NCBI GenBank assembly: GCA_012295275.1
Contig: CM022665.1
Location: 47,554,001-47,618,000, forward strand
DNA: 64,000 bases
Reading direction: 5' to 3'
Source of the DNA: Chrysomallon squamiferum
Lineage: Eukaryota > Animalia > Mollusca
How positions within the stretch are numbered: the stretch's first letter is position 1; every line of letters begins with the position of its first letter. The position numbers and the translations under genes were made by a program. The notes beneath the pieces were generated by a model. It saw only the letters and a program-made list of their open reading frames with translations, had not been told where the DNA came from and searched no databases. Positions 41,993 through 55,964 of the stretch are shown piece after piece.

Positions 41993-42360
41993 ACAACATC
42001 AACATCGTGTTTATGAATTATAGCAACATCATGTTTATAAATTACAACATCATTGTGTTTATAAATTACAACATCATTGTGTTTATAAATTACAACATCA
42101 TTGTGTTTATAAATTACAACATCATTGTGTTTATAAATTACAACATCATTGTGTTTATAAATTACAACATCATCATGTTTATAAATTACAACATCATCGT
42201 GTTTATAAATTACAACATCATCGTGTTTATAAATTACAACATCATCATGTTTATAAATTACAACATCATCATGTTTATAAATTACAACATCATTGTGTTT
42301 ATAAATTACAACATTATCATGTTTATAAATTACAACATCATTGTGTTTATAAATTATGAC
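41993..42360. repeat. 24-bp minisatellite (ataaattacaacatcattgtgttt), about 15 copies, running into an NCX acceptor
   Basis: Near-perfect period of 24, seen as INYNIIVF repeats in the ORF track. Confidence 0.95.
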
Positions 42361-42748
42361 AAATGTTTATAAACTATAATATAACAGATGTTTATACATT
42401 GTATTATATAACAAATGTTTGTAAATTGTAATGCATAACAGACTTTTATGAATTATATTGTCAAATGAACTTTCATAAATTATAATATTTAATAAAAAAT
42501 TAAAGTTTATATTATATATAAAAAAATAGTCATAACTTATATTGTGTAACAAACTTTTATAACTTGTAAAATGTAACAGACTTTTATAAATTATGTAACA
42601 TTATATAGTATTGTCAAATATCCCTTTTCTTTTATACTTACATATATATCTGTCTATACATGTTATCTATCTATATGTCTATGTGAATGTTGTGATGAAG
42701 AAATAAATAAATAAAATTTAAGACAAAATGCACTAAATGACAAAAAGA

Positions 42749-42889
42749 AGTGGGTGTTGTGATGAAGTGGATGTTGTGATGAAGTGCATGTTGTGATGAA
42801 GTGGATGTTGTGATGAAGTGGGTGTTGTGATGAAGTGGATGTTGTGAAGAAGTGGACGTTGTGATGAAGTGGATGTTGTGATGAAGTGG
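42749..42889. repeat. 17-bp minisatellite (gtggatgttgtgatgaa), about 8 copies, next to an NCX donor
   Basis: Direct reading of the sequence. Confidence 0.9.
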
Positions 42890-42906
42890 TTTACGAAGTG
42901 ACTTAC

Positions 42907-43006
42907 CTGGGCTCACTGTGATTGCTTCGACAAACTGCTCTCGCCACGACGATGTTCCCACCACCATCGATGTGTTCGCTTTCTTCAGCAGCTTGTCAAC
43001 AACACT
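42907..43006 (-). CDS. SLC8A: Na+/Ca2+ exchanger exon
   Basis: Reads SVVDKLLKKANTSMVVGTSSWREQFVEAITVSP, then gtaagt. 100 nt, phase 0-1. Confidence 0.96.
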
Positions 43007-43024
43007 CTGCAACAGAAGAGTCAA

Positions 43025-43700
43025 TGTGAAACTTGATTTGTTAGCAGTTTATTTCACATATTCCTGATGTCAAACAGCCATTTATGTTATCTTTATGTTA
43101 TCTTTATTTCAAACAGTCATTTAATGATTACTTTTTATATCAGAGAAAAAGACAATTGATTTCTTGTTTAATGACATTGTAATGATCAACGTTTTGTAAA
43201 TCAGTTAATTTTGTAAAAAGGTAACTGTAACAGAATAAACGTAAAACTTGATTTGTTACCAGTTTATTTCACGTATTCTTGATGTCAAACAGTTATTTTG
43301 CTTTTTATAACAGATAAAAAATCAATTGATTTGTTGTTTAATGACATCCCAATGATTAGTTTTTTATAACAGGTAAAAAAAAAAGGTAACTGTAACAGAA
43401 AAATTAACATAAACTGGATTTGTTACCAATTTACTTCACATAATCTTCATGTCAAACAGTCATTTACTTTTTATATCAGCAAAAAAGTAATTGATTTGTT
43501 GTTTAATGACATTGTAACGATCAACTTTTTTAATAACAGTTAATTTTGTAAAAAGGTAAACTGTAACAGAATTAATGTTAACTTGAATTTTTTACCAATT
43601 TATTTTACATAATCTTGATGTCAAACAGTTCCTGAACGACATGACAAAGATTACAATAATAAAAAAAAAGAGTCAACTGATCTATTGTTTAATGATATCA
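43025..43700. repeat. Degenerate ~170-215-bp tandem repeat, about 4 copies
   Basis: aaacttgatttgttaccagtttatttcac...gatgtcaaacag recurs near 43029, 43245, 43411 and 43580. Confidence 0.8.
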
Positions 43701-45064
43701 CAGGGATAAATTTTGTATAATATGTACATATGTCTGTCTGTCTGTCTGCCTGTATGAATGTCTGTCTATTTGTTTGTGTCTGTATATATGTACATGTGTT
43801 TGTGTGTGCGTGTGTCTGTGTTTGTGCATTAATTAATGAACGTATGTATGTATGTATGTATGTATGTATGTATGTATGTATGTACATAAAAATGACTGTA
43901 TAAGTAAATGTATATGTATGAATACATGTGTGTTTATATAAGTGGGTGAATGAGTGGGTGGGTGTACATTACATCATAATTAATTACATATTTTTAACAA
44001 GTAATACTTGCACTTCTCAAACTTCATATCACCTCATTATTTCTCTCGGCTTCTTTCATTATTCAATTCGTAAAAAACCCCACAAAAAACCAAAAAAAAC
44101 CAAAAAAAAAATCCAACCTCATAACAAAGGTAAAACATCTTTCTTCCAAATAAGAAAATTATAGTCTAATTTGTCCTTTTTTTTAATTTTTTTTAGTTTG
44201 TTTTATTACACAAACAGCAGGAGGCATTCAAATTAAATTAATGACTGTTTTCTTGTTTGCAACCCACAGGAAGTGACTACAATTAGTTCTGTTTCGCAAA
44301 CACTGGTTTGTCTGTTTGTCTGTGTGTGTGCGAGATATTCAAATTAACTTAATGACTGGTTTCTCCTCCTGGTTTGCGCTACCAGGAAGTGAACGCACTT
44401 GGAAATAAGTTTCGTTACAGAGTCAATTATAGAGAAACCTTTTTCACTGCAGGAACTGAACAGCAGTGACCACCATGAAGATCTCCATTTTGTTAAGAGT
44501 CATCAGGTGCTTACAAGAAAAGTGGGGGTGTGGTCTGTTTTGTCCTGACAGGATTTTTTATTTTTTTATATTTTTCACTAATTTTGATATATAAAGTCGA
44601 TGTGCTTATTATACAAGATTTAAATTTTTGTTCACACAGTAAGGGGGTGGTCGATAATATGTAATATCTACATAAATATATAAAATTAAAATTTTTGTTC
44701 ACAGAGGAAAGGGTTGGTTACTTTGTATGGATTCAAATTATTTTCCACTCATCTTTTTTTTTAAATTTTTACATAACATCTACAATTTAAATTTTTGTTC
44801 GCATAGCAAAGGGCTGTTCTGTATCTGGACTTAAGACATTTTATTAAAACAAAATAAGTGAAAAATAAATTATGTGCACATACAAACAAAATTTTAAATT
44901 TCTGTTTTAATTAAAAAAAAAAAAAAAAAAAAAAAAAAGAAGAAGCATTGAGTATTAATAAATAAAAATACACAGCAAGTGTTGTCTGTTTGTAACTACG
45001 GGGTTTAGCTCTTTCTGTCTGAGTCACTGCTGTGAGTTCGGTTTGTGGTAAAAACCATCAATAA

Positions 45065-45413
45065 CAGGTCGAGGATCCATTATCCGAAAATCAAAAATTC
45101 CAAAATCCAAAAAGCTCCAAACATTCTGCAAATTTGTTTCCAAACATCAGAAATATTGTCATCTTACAATTTTTAGGAATGTTTTGCATACATGAATTTT
45201 TATTTCAATCACAAAATTATTTAAAATGTTACATTACAAAATCTTGCAGACTGTCTGTATAAACTGTATATGAAAAATAAACAGAATTCATATTTAGAAC
45301 TCAGATCCTAGTCTCAGGATGTCTCCTTGTATTATAAAATCTAAAAAAAAAAATTCTTAAATCTGAAACAATTTCCAGTCCCAAGCATTTTGGGACAAAA
45401 GGTTCTCAACCTG
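45065..45413 (+). mobile_element. Tigger/pogo-type MITE resembling Tigger4b/MER46
   Basis: Imperfect TIRs CAGGTCGAGGATCCATTATCCGAAAATC...GTCCCAAGCATTTTGGGACAAAAGGTTCTCAACCTG. The internal part resembles the mammalian consensus as I recall it. The TA TSD is not intact. Confidence 0.7.
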
Positions 45414-45563
45414 TTCTGTGATTATGGCTCTCAGAAGACTTGAACAGTTTCAGTTAGAAAACTTCGAGAGCTGCTGATGAATCTCTTTCAGTAACAAATC
45501 TTGGATGTGCCACACAAATAAATAAAAATCTCAAATCTGTTTTCTATTGATGGCTTTCCTTAT

Positions 45564-45604
<41 letters not shown>

Positions 45605-48543
45605 CACACTAACAATAACATGAAAACTAATTCACCAATAACATTAAAAAAAAACCTGTAACCACAAAGACATAATTCAAGATTTTTTTAAATTCTTGTA
45701 AATCTTTAACTGTTTATCTTTAAGCTATGCATAAAAATGATTTACTACTTTTTTTCATTTATTGATCTTTTGGATTTCTATTTTTTTTTTTTTTTTTTAA
45801 ATCATACTAACAATAACATGAAAACTAATTCACTAAATTAACATTAAAAAAAAAAAACATTTATAAAACCAAAAACATAATTCAAGATTTATTTTTTGAT
45901 TTTTTTAAACTGTTTAAGATTTGATATGACAGTAATGTGAAGATTTTTGTTTATTATCAAAGCTATTTTTTTTTATTTTTTTTTTTTTTTTTGGCAGCAA
46001 AGCAAACACTTAACTTTGTCTCAATGAATGTTTATTTTCCTTTTTTTATTTTTAGAGTTAAAAAACAGAAAAAAAACCCATTGCTTCTGCAGAATTTCGG
46101 CAGACAAGTGATCAGTGTTTATGTTCAAACTGTCACAAAGCCAAAGAGTTGAACATAATCTGTCTCTGCATTTCTGTGAGAAAACTGTTTACGCCATACA
46201 CTTCAGAAACAGTGGGTCACTGAATCAATACCTGCTAGGGTCAGGGTTAACTCTATTTCATGTTCCAGACAAGTGACCAAACTTTCAATCAACAAGACAA
46301 GATTATTTACTTTGCTGTCTGTTCAAAGATCATCTTTCTAAATAGAACGGTTTTACGCTCACTTTTGTCAAAAATACTTTTTAAAAATAGAAAATTTTAA
46401 TAATTAAAACTGATATTAAAATGTGTTTAAACTATACTGATTTGTTTTATTGTAAGTAAAAACTGAAATGAGCTGAGTTAGAGCCTGTAAGATAACATTT
46501 TAAATATTTTACAGATTATTAAAAAGATAAAACAACTTCATGCGCAGAATTAAAATCTCCAGCCTTAAAATGAAAATCATAAATCTTTTAACGTTTTAAC
46601 CAGAGGATGAATTATTTTATTTAAAAATTAAAATACTATCACAAATGATTATTTTCCTGTTTCTCTCTCTTCAAAAATCAGTGCATTAAGAAAGTCACAT
46701 TCAACAGTTCAGTGAAAACGGCAAAAAAAAAAAATAGGATAAAAAAAACATAAAAAAAATTAAAAAAAAATTTCGATTTCATAAACAAAAACAACAAAAA
46801 AAATAAAATCTCGAAAATCAATGAGAGATTCATAAAAATTCACAGCATGGCAATAAATTAATAATAACAGTAATATAAAAAAAAAATAATAATTTTTTAA
46901 AACAAGAAGAAAAAAAGAACTCTACTTGATATCTGTTGATCGATATTTCTCTGCAGTTTTCCAAAGATACTATTACAACAATTATCTAAGAAAAAAACAA
47001 AAACCCAGTAAAGGCTGCTCGATATTAATCCGTTTTAAAGCAGACAATTAACAAAAGCTTCTTTGACAAGTAAATTAGAAAAAACTGTCGTTTGTAATAA
47101 TTAACTACTTGAATTACGTTTTAGAAAAAATCTCCTCAGAACATTTGATATGCATTGTTTGAAAAACACTGCGTTATAAACATCAAGCTAATTAAATTAT
47201 TTGTAACAAAACCTGTGAATAAAGTTGTTTATGTTGTACATGTCTGTGTATTACGTGTCTGTATCTATGTATGTGTGTTTCTCTGTGTGTGTGTGTGTGT
47301 GTGCATATGTTTAGGTATGTATATGTGTGTATGTGTGTCATTTGCATGTATGTATGTATGTTTGTTTATTTTGTATGTATATTTATCTGTTTTGTATGTA
47401 TGTATGTATGTATGTATGTATGTATGTATGTTTATTTTGTATGTATATTTGTCTGTTTTGTATGTACCTTTGCCTGTTTTGTATGTATATTTGCCTGTTT
47501 TGTATGATTATTTGCCTGTTTTGTATGTTAGTATGTATGTTTGTTTATTTTTATATGTATATTTGTCTGTTCTGTACATATATTTGTCTGTTTTTTATAT
47601 ATATTTATCTGTTTTATATGTATATGTATGTATGTGTGTGTGTGTGTATGTATATATGTATGTATATGTGTGTGTGTATGCATATATGAATATATATATG
47701 TATGTATATGTGTGTGTATGTATGTATATATGTATGTTTGTATTGTATATATATATCTGTCTCTCTGTATGTATGTACGTACTATGTATGTAATAAAGCC
47801 TCAACTAGGTGTAAGTGTAACACAGTACACAGTATACACCTTATTTTATTTTTATTATTATTTTATTTTATTTTACTCTAAGCCTAACTATAGTTTCAGA
47901 AAACCCATCACTTCAACACTTTTCTTTGCTCAAAACTCTTTTACTGGATCAGAGAAATCGAACTGATAGCAATAACAAACGTTGTAAGGGCAGTTCAGTT
48001 TAACTAACATGCAGTATCCGAAGTTTTGTATTATTTTAACAACAACAAGTCTTGTTAACCTGACTGCACAACCAGGCATGAAAGTGTTTTAGTGAGAATC
48101 ACAAAGTGTGTAATTTAATTTTACAACTGAACAGGTATCTGCTATTTTGCATCAGGTTGTGTTAGGCAGTCGGTTTCAACATGAAATGGCGTATTGTGGG
48201 GGGCAGTTTTTTTTTTTTTTTTTTTTTTTTAAAAGCTGGTTGGTTTAAAGGTAATGTTATTTTGTTGTTTGTTTGCTGTTTTTTGTTTGTTTGTGTTGTG
48301 TGGTTTTGTTTTTGTTTTTTGTTGGATGTTTCTTGTTGTTTCTTGTTGTTTGTTTCTGTTGTGTTTTTTTTGTTGGGTTTTTTTTTTTTGTTGTTTTATT
48401 GCTGTTGTTATTGCTTTTTAGTTTTGCTGTTGTTGTTCTTGCTTTTTTGTTGCTGTTTACTTTCTGTTTCTTCTTGTTTTTTTGTGTCATTTTGTTTGTT
48501 TATTTTGGGGAGTGGATGTTATTTTTATTGTTATTAATTTATA

Positions 48544-48631
<88 letters not shown>

Positions 48632-48872
48632 TATTATTATTATTATTATTATTACAGTTTCTTTATTTTTACCTCTTTTTTTTAAACTTTTGTTGTTGAA
48701 ATTTGTGTTTGTTTATTTTATTTTGTTTTGTTTTTTCCTTGTTCCAAAAGATCTTTTTCTATTATTCAAGTTGTTTTAACACTGATTATTTACAAAATAT
48801 ATTTTTATATGTCTGTTTTGGAGAATATAAACATTTTTTTTTTTAGCCCACACACACACACACACACAAACA

Positions 48873-48936
<64 letters not shown>

Positions 48937-49209
48937 TGCATACTAGTTCTCATATTTCCTCTGCTGGAAAATCAATAATAAAAAAAAAAAAAAAAAAAAT
49001 CACAACTTTTTTTAAAATATATAAACAGCATTATCAAACTACATTATTGAACGACATTATTTCATCTAAACAAAAAAAGTATTAATGCACATAAAAACAG
49101 ATTTTTATATACATCAAATGCACACAATCATACACTTCCTTATTGTTGGAATATGTAAATCAAAGAGTAATGCAATAAATCTACTCTGAATTTTGATCAA
49201 AGGAAAATG

Positions 49210-49248
<39 letters not shown>

Positions 49249-49445
49249 CTACCTTAAAGGACATCCAGTTTGTTTAATTATTTATTAATATTTCATAATC
49301 AAATCATTCTCTATTGTGGGTTTTTGTTTTTGTTGTTGTTGTTGTTGTTTTTGTTATACACAGTGAGTGAAAATGAACAAAGAGACATAAAGAGAAAGAG
49401 AGAGAGACAGAAAGACAGAGACAGAGAGACAGATACAAAACAGTC

Positions 49446-49555
<110 letters not shown>

Positions 49556-49641
49556 GGAGAGGGACAGAGAGAGAGAGAAGGATAAAGCTGGAAAGACAGA
49601 CAGACAGACAACAGGATGGATCTGTAAATGAGGTGAAATAC

Positions 49642-49772
49642 CTTGAACTCCTGGCTCTCTTTGATGTTGATTTTGATCCTGGTGATTTCGCCGAGCCTGG
49701 GTTTTGCCAGTTCCGCCAGGCGCTCGTCATCGCAGCTGACCTGGGCCCCAGAGTCCTTGTCACTGGTTTTAC
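49642..49772 (-). CDS. SLC8A: Na+/Ca2+ exchanger exon (end of Calx-beta domain CBD2)
   Basis: Reads KTSDKDSGAQVSCDDERLAELAKPRLGEITRIKINIKESQEFK, then gtattt. 131 nt, phase 1-0, joining the next exon as in NCX1 EFK|STVDKL. Confidence 0.92.
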
Positions 49773-50583
49773 CTGGTGAAAACACAAACACAGGCAAAAC
49801 TACAAGATGCTGTACACAACATACTTGTGTATACATACACACATACATACATACATGTGTATACATAGACACATACATATATATACATACATACATACAT
49901 GTGTATACATAGACACATATATATATATATACATACATACATATATATATATACATACATACATATATATATATATACACACATACATATATATATATAC
50001 ATACATATACATATATATACAAACAGAGAGAGAACGAGATAAGAAATATATTCTGTCAGATCATAACAGAGTTTACAGAAGATATTAGTAAAAAGCAAAG
50101 AAGCTTGCATGTCTATATATATATATGACAGTATAGACTCTCGATATGTTAGTTAATTCATTTAACAATTAACAGTTGACATGACCAGTTTAACAGTTAA
50201 AGCTTTCTTTAAGAAAAAAGAAAAAAAGAGACATTTTGTTTTGAAATAAGAAACAAAAGAAAATATTTAGCCACAATAGAAAATACAAAACGTGAGACAG
50301 AAACACAACACAAGACTTGTAAAGTAGCATTATCATTTTAATTTTTACCTTTTGTTATCAATAATATATATATACATATACTCATATATATATAGTTATA
50401 TATATATGTATATTTATATATATATACATACATACATACACAAATTATATATATATATATATGTAAATATTTATACACACACACATACATATATTATATG
50501 TATGTGTGTGTGAATGTGTGTGTGCATACACACAACACAACACCCACACACATTTTAAATATATGTACATCTGTTGCATATTT

Positions 50584-50618
<35 letters not shown>

Positions 50619-51199
50619 TATCTTAAGCTTCTATTGATCATTAAATTCTTTAAGAAGTGACAAGCTGCAGCAAGCTGTTGCAGTAATCAAACAGCGTTGA
50701 TCTCTACAACGCCGCGACAGCCACCTTGAGCCAGCACCAGGAACCGAAACTCTCGAATTACACGCATTGTAACAAACGTACGCGTGTGGTAAATATAATT
50801 ACGATAATGCCACTTGATCAGCATAATCACATCATTAATAAAGCACACGGAACAACAGAGAGCTGCAATTAGCAACGAAACATTTACATTTAGTAATTAT
50901 TTTCTTTTGAACAGCATTCGAAATCTGATGAAAATATGAAAACGATTAATACTAAATGAACTACGTAAACACCGGTTTCTTGCTTTTGAAAAGGAACTGA
51001 TTTTGACTACTAATATACACAGGCATATCTAGTGTTTTGTTAGAAATATTTTAATAAATAAAAAAATATATATAAAACATTTCTGGTGTTTTGTATTAAT
51101 ATGGATAGAGAAAAATAACAGATAATTATAAACAACAATTGTGGATATATGTTAATGATTATGCACCACACAAACTTTTAGTTTCATTAATTATCTATA

Positions 51200-51248
<49 letters not shown>

Positions 51249-51464
51249 GTTATTGTTATTGTTATTACTATTATTGTTATTATTATTATTTATTAGGATG
51301 GAAAATCAAATTTTCTACATGAATGAATTATTATTATTATTTAGTAGGATGGAAAATCAACTTTTCTACATGACTGAATTATTATTACTTTATTTTACTT
51401 ACTTTTTTATTTTATTTTATTGTTATTTTTTTAATTAACTATTATTATCTGAAACAAGAATCTC

Positions 51465-51780
51465 ATACCATCACCCATCATCTAGTGACCAACCAGGAAA
51501 GGTATTAATCTAACACACCACCACCCATCATCTAGTACCAACCAGGAAAGATATTAATCTAACACACTATCACCCATCAGGGAAGGTATTAATCTAACAC
51601 ACAATCACCCATCATCTAGTACCAACCAGGAAAGATATTAATCTAACACACTATCACCCATCAGGGAAGGTATTAATCTAACACACTATCACCCATCATC
51701 TAGTGACCAACCAGGAAAGGTATTAATCTAACACACCATCACCCATCATCTAGTGACCAACCAGGAAAGGTATTAATCTA
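51465..51780. repeat. ~35-50-bp minisatellite (caccatcacccatcatctagtgaccaaccaggaaaggtattaatctaaca)
   Basis: About 7 copies, two with internal deletions. Confidence 0.9.
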
Positions 51781-51944
51781 AACCAGACTGACACCCAGGT
51801 CTCCCTCCATACTGCGTACCCATAGCAACAGGCTAAACATTTTTCCAAATCCAACTACAATGAAATCAAAAGCTCCCAAGAAGCAGGAAAATTTGTCCGA
51901 GACAAAAATCATGGAAGATATTTTTGTATCATTCATTTAGAAAT

Positions 51945-51978
<34 letters not shown>

Positions 51979-52550
51979 TTATTTATTGTTTATGTTGTGA
52001 TTAAAATTACAGGTGAGCAGTACCTGAGTCAGGTGTAACTATTACCTGGCAGGTATGGGTTACCTACACAGACTAACAGCTAAGTTTTAAGTGTTTAAAC
52101 ACGTGTGTTTATGTAACACTAAACATCGTGTTGGGAATATTATTTTATAGAAGATAAACAGTTCTGTGATAGTCGTTACGTACATACACACAGACGTACA
52201 GACTCGCTTTGCTGCTGGTTTTTTGTCTGTTTGAGAAGACATGGATGATGAAACCTTTTTACATCTAGAGTGCAAGAACTAGATTAGTTATTATTATTAT
52301 TATTATTATTTTATTTTTATTATTATTATTATTTTTATTTTTATTATTTTGCTATTATTGTTATTATTGTCGTTGTTGTTGTTATTTTGCTATCATCATC
52401 ATCATTATTATTATTAAATAAATACTGTTTCATTTACATACATACATGTATATACACATACATAGATACATGCATACATACATGCATGCATACATACATA
52501 CATACATACATACATACATACATACATACATACATACATACATGCATGCA

Positions 52551-52586
<36 letters not shown>

Positions 52587-53074
52587 TATATATCTATGTA
52601 TAAAGAAATTAGAGACATGGATAAATTATAGATATTACGCTCATATATATATACACTGATATATATATAAATATATTATTTGTAAATATATATATATAAA
52701 GAAACAAAGAGAATTAAAAAAAAATAATAAAAACGGATAAACTATAGATATTACAAGGATAACACATCTATATATATATTATTTGTAAAGAAACCAAAGA
52801 GACATTTAAATAAAATAAAGTTGGATGAACTACGTGCATTTGAAACAGAAATTAAAGAGGACATCATCATTATATGATCTAAACAAAGTGAAAAGTAATA
52901 ATAAAAATATTAAAAACTAAAACTACATGCAAATAAATGAGCTACAGGTAGACTAGACTGTCTGTCTGTCTGTACAGCAGGAGTTCTGTACTAACTCATG
53001 CTGTCACACCCAGACTACAAATGTCCTTGACCTACTATTGCCAGCACACACCTAAAGCTCTATGGGTAGTAAAA

Positions 53075-53110
<36 letters not shown>

Positions 53111-53314
53111 TAAATAATAATAATAATAATAAACAATATTATTATTATTATTATCCAAATAAACAGTTGGGGAGTCTGAAGAAATGTTTTGAAAAATGGA
53201 CCACATCAAAATACTTATCTATCTCCTCTAAGCCTATGGCTGAATTTGCATTTGAAGATCTTTCAGAGTCTAAAAATAAAGTTCAAGACACATTTCACCC
53301 ACGCATTAGTTACA

Positions 53315-54155
53315 CTAGCTAGTAGCTTTTCTCTAGATGATCAAACAAATATATATATGTAAATGTTAATACACATTAATTATACCAGGTAGTAGCTTTT
53401 CTCTAGATGATCAAACAAATATATATATGTAAATGTTAATACACATTAATTATACCAGGTAGTAGCTTTTCTCTAGATGATCAAACAAATATATATATGT
53501 AAATGTTAATACACATTAATTATACCAGGTAGTAGCTTTTCTCTAGATGATCAAACAAATATATATATGTAAATGTTAATACACATTAATTATACCAGGT
53601 AGTAGCTTTTCTCTAGATGATGATAAAACAATATATGTAAATGTTAATATACATTAATTATACCAGCTAGTAGCTTTTCTCTAGATGATGATAAAACAAT
53701 ATATGTAAATGTTAATATACATTAATTATACCAGCTAGTAGCTTTTCTCTAGATGATGATAAAACAATATATGTAAATGTTAATATACATTAATTATACC
53801 AGCTAGTAGCTTTTCTCTAGATGATGATCAAAACAATATATGTAAATGTTAATATACATTAATTATACCAGGTAGTAGCTTTTCTCTAGATGATCAAACA
53901 AATATATATATATGTAAATGTTAATACACATTAATTATACCAGGTAGTAGCTTTTCTCTAGATGATCAAAAAATATATGTAAATGTTAATATACATTTCA
54001 TCCAGATATTAATTATACCAGCTAGTAGCTTTTCTCTAGATGAATAACAAATATATGTAAATGTTAATACACATTAATTATACCAGCTAGTAGCTTTTCT
54101 CTAGATGATCAAAAAAAAAAATATATATATGTATATATAAATGTTAATATACATT
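53315..54155. repeat. ~60-bp tandem repeat, about 13 copies
   Basis: tagtagcttttctctagatgatcaaacaaatatatatatgtaaatgttaatacacattaattataccagg; the first copies are identical at period 60. Confidence 0.95.
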
Positions 54156-54218
54156 TTACTCATGCTAAAGTGAAGGCTTGTTAGCTGGGTTTTTCATGTA
54201 ACCAGATCAAAAAAAAAA

Positions 54219-54250
<32 letters not shown>

Positions 54251-54699
54251 TAAAAAATAATGTTCTTTAGTTATGAAAAAAAAGAAAATAAGATTATTAT
54301 TGGTGTAATATTAATAGGTATTAGGTGTTTTAACCATGTCAGCAGTATAGAGACTTAATAACTATTTCATTTATATAACCAGGTCAAATATAATTCCTAT
54401 TTTTCTTTTTTTAATTTTATATTCTTCCAGGTAAAAGTCTTTAACTGCAAAAAAAATTTGAAAAAAAAAGAAAAACAAGAATGTTATATGTCACTGTATT
54501 ATTACTGGTTGTTAAGCACTGTGTTTACTCTTTATGTATAATGTTGATATGAAAAGAAACCAGTTTATGTCAGGACAACACATACCATAGCCTTTGGAAA
54601 AACTAATTATGATATATATGATGTAATAATATCACAGCCTTTGATCAAATTAATTATGATAAACGTGTTGTAATAAAACCAGAGCCTGCAATGCTTACT

Positions 54700-55375
54700 G
54701 AGGTTTTTTTTATGATATACACAATCCAATAATACTATTGCTTTTATTGTTGTGTGTGGTTTTTTAAGTATATATATGGTGTAACACTGTTGCCTTTATG
54801 ACTGTTGTGTGTGTGTGTTACTTTTTATGATGCATATGGTGTAATAGAAAACAGCCCAGTGTGAACACTACAATTAGAACTGGTACTGCAGCATATCATA
54901 GCTCTTGTTAATACTCTAACCACAGAGCTTTTTACAGAGCTACTTTATGATATACACAATGTAATAATACTACTGCCTTCATAACTGTTATGTGTGGCTT
55001 TTTTAAGATATGTTGTAATAGAAAATGAGAACCATACTGCAGCATATCATAACTCTTGTTAATACTCTAACCACAGAGCTTTATACAGCGCTTTTCTATG
55101 ACATACACAATGTAATAATACTACTGCCTTTATAACTGTTATGTGTGGCTTTTTTAAGATATATATATGTTGTAATAGAAAATGAGAACCATACTGCAGC
55201 ATATCATAACTCTTGTTAATACTCTAACCACAGAGCTTTATACAGCGCTTTTCTATGACATACACAATGTAATAATACTAATGCCTTTATGACAGTTATG
55301 TGTGGGTTTTTTTATGACATATATGTTGTAATAGAAAATGAGAACTGGTAAAGATCATACCTCTTGTTAATCACT
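54700..55375. repeat. Degenerate ~150-bp tandem repeat
   Basis: Recurrent tactgcagcatatcataactcttgttaatactctaaccacagagcttt. Confidence 0.8.
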
Positions 55376-55964
55376 GACCTTTTTAAACTCTCCACTTTTA
55401 AACTGTAAATCAAACAAAACTTAAAATCATTTATTTTTTTATCTTCTTAATCTCTATATTCACTTTCTATTTTTATTTTTTATTTTTTTAAATTTATCTT
55501 TTAAATTCCAACAGAACCGATTACGTCATATTTATTTTATTTTATTTATTTTATTTTATTTTATTTTATTTTATTTATTTAAAAAAAAAAAAAAAGGGCA
55601 GCTCTGTGTGGAATTTAACAGATAAATAATCATGAAACATTCTGAATCAAATTGTGTCTGTCACTGTTCAGTTTTCATTTGTCTAAAAGGAAAACTGGTC
55701 GATGCGCAAGTTGACATTAATTAATCTTGGAGTCGGTGCTAAATGACAAAATAATACACAGCCACACTGAAGTAATGACCATATACTTTAGTATTGATTC
55801 TTTTTTTTTTTTTTTTTTTTTTTTTTCCAGCAAAGCTTTTCATCTAATTGATACCAAACTCTTTGCACTGATACACAAAGCCAACTGGTCTGTTTGTAAC
55901 ACATATCAGTTATTTCTGTCAGCTGAACAACAAACAAATGAAATACATATGTCAAGTGAAGTCG

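Noticed and set aside
41716-42372. 218-aa plus-strand ORF with INYNIIVF repeats
   Set aside because: Produced by a stop-free 24-bp minisatellite, and antisense to a real NCX exon.
50687-50875. 62-aa ORF in a CpG-containing intronic patch
   Set aside because: No NCX similarity and no convincing splice sites; at most a regulatory element.
52195-52270. Possible NCX cassette exon (KKVSSSMSSQTDKKPAAKRV)
   Set aside because: The available AG/GT pairs do not give a phase 1-1 exon.
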